DNA of 64,000 nucleotides from Podospora anserina (Eukaryota): NCBI GenBank assembly GCA_017654855.1, contig CM030332.1, positions 6,634,001 to 6,698,000 of the forward strand, read 5' to 3'. Shown piece by piece: positions 57,133 to 64,000 of this stretch (position 1 is its first letter; each line of letters starts with the position of its first letter). The notes under the pieces were generated by a model. It saw only the letters and a program-made list of their open reading frames with translations, ran no database searches and was not told where the DNA came from. The position numbers and the translations under genes were made by a program.

Positions 57133-60100
57133 CCTTCCTGATTCCGCACGAGGTGCTCGACGTTTGTGATCGTCGCGGAACGTTGTGGCTGCATCCGCCA
57201 TCGAGATGTTTATGCGCCCTCCCCCTGGCCCTGGGAAGAATGGGTGGCAGACCGGGGAACTGGACCGTGAAGCGTCAAGACCTTCCGCCTCGACTCTCTC
57301 AAGACATTGTCCGTCCGGCCATTGTCGACTTGGCGGAAGACGACACCGCTTAGCCAAGCGACGAAGCTCGCTGATGTTACATTCGGTCGCCGTTGTGATG
57401 AAAAAAGATACTCGCCAAATCGGACCCGCAAACGTATGACGGAATGCCCCATTCCCATCCATGCAGCACGAGGCAAGCGGGGTTGATAGCAAGCAATTTG
57501 TTGACCATATTGACCTTTTCCAACGACTACCCACACGAGACACGCTCCGCTCACTGTTGATCAGTCACATCTTGAGGTTGGGTAGGTATCAGAGACAACC
57601 ACCGAGATACACGTCTCTACCTGTCCACAATGATAGATATCCTCGCATCGTGCCGTGTCGTAGTGGGGGTTCGTCCCAGCTACAACTGAAATATGGGACA
57701 ACTGATGAGAGAAGTGTTAGGCAAGGACCTAATATGCCAGAAATAGCCTCAGGACAACCTCCTCGGCCATATATTAGCGCCCTTTCACCTTACCGGCCCT
57801 GCTATTGACAGGCAAAACCTTTGTTAAACCGGAAGAATCGCCAACAGAGCGCTTATCGGTTGACAACCAGCAGGCAGATTCACCAACGTGCCGACTTCAT
57901 CAACAGGTTCTTCTCAATGAGGCTTCCCTCGTGGCCCCTGCGCAGATCAACCGACCTTGCGTGCTTGCTAGAGCATGGAAGCTTTCCCCGCAGCGCTTTC
58001 GGCGGGCTTGACGACGTGCTCCGTGGGAAGTATCTTCAGCCGGCAGATCGCATCTCCGTTTTGGGCAGCCCGGATCAGCCTCCCACGGCCAGCCTGAGAC
58101 ATCGCTTCAGAGCAGAGCGCATCTCGAGCACCGGCAGTTCACTGAGATCTTCCGTACTGGTCTAGATGCAAGCTTATCACGGACCACAACAACGTACGTT
58201 GGTTTACAGAACTGCAGTCTTAGCAGTCTGTATAGTCTTCAACAAGTAATCCAGACACACAAGCGGAATCAGCAGCTCTGTTCAAGGTTCTCCCTCGGGC
58301 TGTTTAATATTGTCGACTTGATTCGCAAGCTGGGCGACGTTGCATCTTTGGATACTACCGCAAGCGTCTGTGGGTGTTCATCTCAAAAAACCAAAAGCGG
58401 TTTCGAATCTCCCGGAAGGGAAAGCCAAGCTGTCAAGCTCAAGCATCCTTATTGTCGACAGCCCAGATCTGGATGGACCTTGCGCCCTGAAGCCTGCGTG
58501 CATGAGTGTACTGGGCGATGTTACGGTACGCAAAGCGCGCTCTTGACACCATCGCTTTGACCTCGCCATCGGTTTCTCGAAACTGTCTGGCAAATGGCGG
58601 TCCCACTGTCTTGTGTCCCGAAACCAACTCCACCATAAGTCCGCCTTCAATGTAATCTTTGTGTGTCCAATGGCGTTCAAAAGAAAAACGATGGACAGTC
58701 ATGTGGAGCTGGTACTCTTAACGGCTCAATGCGATGTGCCTCATCGCTGCCTTCTTCGCGACCTGTGACCCAATATCCAACCCAGCGAACACCGCCATGT
58801 GTATGTACAACACACATAGACATCCCTGGAAAGCTAAACGTCAAGCTCTTGCATTCGGGTCCGCAGAAACGCAAACTCGGGCAAGATGGTGGATATTCAT
58901 GCGGACTGTTTGTCTGATATTGGACCTGGTGTGGTGCCAATCTCGCAGTCGAACATCCCCACGACAAAAAGTGTCATCTGCTCGCTTGATGCTACACTAT
59001 AGCAGCTCCGAATTATCATGGCCTCTTTTCCTCCTGTCCTCCAGAGCTCGATTACCGCCCCAATACGGTCGCCCGCATGTCACCAAGTACCGGATCGTCC
59101 TTGGAGCGGCGCATCAGTGGTCCAAAGCTTCTGGAGATGTCGCGGATTTGCTCGGCGTCGTCAGTGCGTGGACCAGGGCCGGCTTTTCGTAGCAGCACAC
59201 CACACACCCTCTCGCCTAGGTCTTCATGACTTCTGCGCACAAGCCTCCTGCTGGCTCTTTGTAGTCTCCAATCCCTTCTCATCAGTCACGTCTGCTTCTG
59301 CCCAAGAAGAAGATGGGATCGGGCATACTCCGGCTGAGAGCTGTCGTCCTGCTTCTCATCACCTTCCGTGCACCTTCTCCACATCCCACCTTCCCGTCCG
59401 TCCACCCCCTGAGCTCTGCTCGTCACCCCACCACCCCACCAAAACATCCCCTTGCTCCGGCGCTCCAAGCTCTGCCCCTCAGACGCAGGCGAGGGGTCGT
59501 CTTGCTCGCGAATGCAAGGGCACACACTCAGGAATGCTTCTGCGAGCAGCAGTCGATTTACCTCGCAGCATGCACGCGTCGCTTCGAGACGGAGAAGGCC
59601 CTGAGCCCCGGGGCCTGGCTGGGCTTCCAGGCACGAGATGAAGGATGACGTCCATCAAGGTGCACAGTCTCAGGAGCCGGACGGTTGTGCTTATTTTTCC
59701 TTTCGAGACTTCCACTCAACGCGGTGCCCGTTTGTTGGGTAGCCCGCCGCCCGTTGTGCAGCAGCCGGAGTTGCACTTGCACCGTCCTCTTTTGTTTACC
59801 ATTTTTCATCAAAGAACCTCCATTCCCGATCCCCTGTTCGAAAACCTCGACGAAACCACGCATCGGTGCGATGACCTGCATGGATAGGGACCATTCAGCA
59901 TCCGTACCCACCATCGCCGCGCAGACCGTTTTCTTTTCTACCCGCCCCACATGTGACGGCCAAACTACCTTGTACCCAGGACCAGGGCAGGGCCGCTCCG
60001 AGTGTCCTAGGCCGGGAGGATGTTCCTCTTTGACCCATCATGTACACTACCTTTTCTTCTTTCTGGTTGACAGGATGAGTGAGCCCGCACGGAGCAGGGC

Positions 60101-60861
60101 TTCTTCTTGCCTGTGTATCATGGAGATGCATACAGACAGGCATTGTGCCAAGCCAGAGTTATACTCCTTGTTTCCATCAGCTCTTAACATGGAAACACAC
60201 CCTTCCGCGTTGTTTCCCATCACTTCACCTACACACAATACCCCAGGATATAATTTCTAGCGGGGTCCTCGTCAAGCGCTTACGAATCCACAAGCATACC
60301 ACACACACCAGGCGAACACCCACACCTTTCATCAAAGCTGGTTCTTGTGAAAGCCACTCAGCTCGGACCAACTGACGTTTCTGATATCTATTCGGGTTAT
60401 TTGTTTGCAGTTCCCACCCGCAACGGTCAAGACAGGGGCCCCGAGGAGACATTATCTAGGGGGGCGTGTTGAACGCTTTTTTCTTTCTCCATACCACTCC
60501 CGCTTGATTTGCGCCTCAGCCTTTTTTTGACCTTGTTCTTGTCTTGACCCTTTCGTCTCTCCCGAGTGGGGTCCATCTATACTGGGTCTCGGTTGCATTT
60601 CAAGTATACCCCCATCCACAACTTGGTCCTTCTTTTTTTTTCTTTTTTCCTTTTTTGTTTATATAAACTCGGGTCACCACCTCGTCTTCTTCCATCCTCA
60701 TCAACTATCCCCTTCAACAACATCAGCCTGACCTCCACAGCAACACATATCGGCCAACACTTGGCTACCACCTACCAGGTAACATATCTCCCCGTTTTGT
60801 TCTTCTGTTGTGCCACTCAAACTAACCGTCGTCAAGGTCACAACTTCACTCGAGCACAAAA

Positions 60862-61026
60862 ATGTGCGACTTCACCAAAAACTACTACATCTACACCGGC
60901 TGCATGGACCCGGGGGTACACTTCTTCCGTACCTCGGTCGACGGGAGCCGCCAACGCTCGTGTCCCAGAGGCCCTCACGAGCGCTACATCATGCAGCCCG
61001 GACAGTGCCCTCTCTGCTACGGTTGA
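60862..61026 (+). CDS. 54-aa Cys/His-rich microprotein (not in the ORF track)
   Basis: MCDFTKNYYIYTGCMDPGVHFFRTSVDGSRQRSCPRGPHERYIMQPGQCPLCYG*. TATATAAA at ~60660; 5'UTR intron GTAACA..CTAAC..AAG (~60779-60836); CAAAAATG start context; most codons end in C/G. Confidence 0.8.
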   Translation: MCDFTKNYYIYTGCMDPGVHFFRTSVDGSRQRSCPRGPHERYIMQPGQCPLCYG

Positions 61027-64000
61027 AAAACCATCAGTCCCTTCGACCAATGTCCTTTTTTTCCTGGACTTGCCGGAAAACCCTCACCTTGTACACAACC
61101 ACACCCCGACAACGATGCCAAACCCTGATGAATGAATGACCAGCTTTTTCTTGTATTTTTGTTCGGGCGGGAGGGGGAGGCGAAAGGCGTTTTTCTTTTT
61201 CCTTTTTTTTTTTTTCTTTTTCTCGAGTCATCATCATTATCATCATCAGCGGCCTCGTCTTTTTCTTTTACTAGCATTCTTTCTTTTTCGGGAGCGGAAA
61301 CCAAAATACCCCTTTCAGTCATTACCAATCTTTGTAATTCATTTTTTTTTCTGCGGCCAATCAGGCGGGGAGAAGACTACATCAAACGAATCCGAGGATA
61401 CCACCAACACCACCACCACCAGAATACAACGCCTATGCAGGAAGACAACCAACCGGGACGGATAGGACGGGAGGAGGTGGTGGTGAGGGAGAATCCAGCG
61501 CTAGAGCTGCGCCGAATGTTGGATGGGGGAAAGAGGTCAGGGACAATGGAGAGAGAGGGGGGGCGGATACCGGTCTGCTTCGGAGGGGAGACCTCAAAGT
61601 GGGGAACGGAGGGAAGGCTTTTGGTCTTTCGGTGGGGGTCTGCAACTTCCTCCGTGGCCTGATGGCATATGTTGATGGGAGAACAGCTGTGGTTGGTTGA
61701 CGAGACCCATACCAAATTTGTGGCCACCCATTTTCGAGAAAGAGGAAGGCAGGGCTTGGTGTCTGTATCTACCATGTAGCTGATGTGTGTGTGTGTTGTG
61801 TCAAGTGTGCATTATCTAGCAATTATACCCCCCCTCTCTCTTCTACCGTTACCTTGGCTGTTCATCATCATCATATCAGATATCAGGTGTGACAAAGATG
61901 GTGGAAGGCATAACGGCACTGAGGACAAGAGTAGGGAGAGAAAGGAGCGCTGCTGATGTTATTGTCGTAACAATATGACCGTCATCCATTCCCAACCAAT
62001 CTATCCATCCAAGTTTTTGCACACAAAAACGTGGCTTACCACGTCTCGGATCCCCGTGCGGTTAGCCCAGCCGGTGATGGTGGTGTGGCATGGCTAGTGA
62101 AGTGAGACCATCTTCTGATCCCAGATAAACCGCGAGAATAAATGAGACAACTTCGGCGTAAGGCTATCGCCGCCTCCTGGGGAAGGTCCAAGAGAGATCA
62201 AGACAATCATAGGGGCATCTCCGGTCGGGGACCGTCGTCGATGACGTGTCGAAAGGAAAGTACTGGATGGTGACTAGCTTTCTCGGTAAGATCCTCGGAA
62301 GCGGAGGGAGGGAAATCAGAGCGAGACCAACCAGCATCACCACGGCCACCCTCCCAGCCCTCTACGCCAGTACGCGGATGGATGGGCGGCCATGCATGCA
62401 TGTCTCTCCTTACGCTAACACTGATCATCAGGTTGTTTTTCTTCAACAGCAAGGAGAAACACGCTTGGGTCCTGCCGAACGAGGCCTCTTATTGCATATC
62501 TTATGCTTGTCTAGACCCAAAGGCTGCAGGCGTGTGCACGAAGGGGGTTAGATGGGGGTGTGATGGTGGTGTGGAGATGAGGAGGGCTTGTCCTTCCTGT
62601 TTGTGCTCGCTGCCTTCAGGTAAGGAGGGGAGAAGGTATATATGATGGATAGTTTAGTCTGAATTGGTCATAACATATAGACGACTAGGAAAGGCGAGAC
62701 GAAGGACTGCCATTGCAGCTTGGCCTGCCCTTCACCAACTCCTAGCTCGTCAGGCTGGCTGGGGCTGGTGTCATCATCAGTACCAACTTGGCTTGCTGAC
62801 TTCTAATATCGCGAAAGATTCTGCCTATTTAAGGTATGGTCAGCAGCTCACGTCGTAGCCCAGTCGGATTCCACCGAGAACCTGGACGCTCCCCACCTAG
62901 CAACATCGTTGGGATGGCGGTATGTGACATCCAGCTCATGCAGAGAAACTATATGACTTGACAAACAAGAAACCGGAACGAAGGGTGGCGTGGTCCAGCG
63001 GCTGCCATGAGACGATAAGCGGCTTGCAAGGGGTGGGTGAGGGGGCAAAGCTACTCCGCTCGACGGCGACCGAGATGGCAGCTGTGAGGGGGGGAGGAGG
63101 AGGGGGTGAAAGAGTAGAGAAGAGATGGGGGGACCCATGACTGGTGATACCATGATGCGTTGGCAACACTATCTTGTTCTCGGAGGGCGGCGGCAGCAGC
63201 GATATCGACTCTATGGAGGCCTGAAGAGGCGACCAGAAGGGAGTATAGCAGCGCTCCGATATAGCCTGCTGCCCAGTACCCACGTTCCCCTCACAACGGA
63301 CTCATTCTTGAGTTCTTGTTCCCCTCATCATAACGAGACCAGCTGCCATAGAGGCCACTTAACTCTGCCGAGCTGACCTGTAATATTAAGCATGATTTGG
63401 TTCCACCAAGCAAGCGTGGTAACTCGTTAAAGAGCAGAGCAACCTGCTCACCTCCTCCCACAAACATGTTGAGTGAGTGGCTGATTTAATGACTAACAGA
63501 AACGTTCCTTGTATCGGAGCCAACTGATTTGAGGCAAGCAGAGAGCGGTATCCGTTTTCGTCCCTCTCTTTCGGTACATGTAATGGCGCAATTCTGTCGA
63601 TCTTTCGAGGAAACAAGCGGGATTTTCGCGTGAGGAAAGATGTATCTTGAAACGAAGTCAAGGGCAAGATGGGAGTGACCTGAGTTGGTGTAGCTCTTCT
63701 GACCAGCTGTCAACTGTCTCGGCACAACAGCCAGCCCTCCGCCTAGCACTGTGGTTGATAGTGATGCATTGTGTGCCAGCACCCCTTCCACAACGATCTC
63801 TTCACGGGTGGCTGCATGTAAGGAATTTGGGCGAGAGTATTGCGCCCTTGGCATCACTGCACATCGCCGTGACTTGAGGTTCCCCCCAGAGTTATCTTGC
63901 CCACTTGCTGCGTCTAGTGGCTGTGGTCTTCCCACACCATGACGAGCAATCGCAGCCACTTTGATAGAGAGCAGTCAATGCGTTAAACTTGGAATCGATA

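Noticed and set aside
1..64000. tRNA, 5S rRNA or CRISPR arrays
   Set aside because: No cloverleaf/T-loop context, 5S signature or repeat-spacer array seen by eye; tRNAscan-SE and Infernal would be needed to exclude them formally.

Overview
Fungal genomic DNA. GT..CTAAC..AG introns and RIP-type AT-rich tracts point to a Sordariomycete; a Podospora/Sordariales origin is only an inference from style. The left 24 kb is an accessory region. It holds an intronless 7.4 kb bacterial-type Tc toxin B-C (SpvB-RHS) fusion with an unrecognised C-terminal cargo, and a RIP-mutated block with two different pogo/Fot1 transposon halves joined at a probable solo LTR. It also has two SDR genes, a truncated nitroalkane-oxidase gene, a GPI-anchored protein and several gene relics. 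The middle (25-45 kb) holds an intronless four-domain enzyme fusion (methyltransferase-like, FAD/BBE oxidase, animal-type phosphomevalonate kinase-like, APRT-like). Next to it is a divergent lectin-like/tyrosinase pair; the lectin stop is TGA-CTA followed by an 83-codon in-frame Gly/Asp-rich extension, a likely read-through. A TauD-like/MFS/GNAT/Zn-cluster TF/epimerase group follows. The right part has glutamine synthetase, a sensor-type globin, a NACHT-ankyrin NLR pseudogene and a 54-aa Cys/His microprotein gene missed by the ORF track, behind about 6.8 kb with no recognisable gene. All calls are by eye from motifs; no database searches were run.
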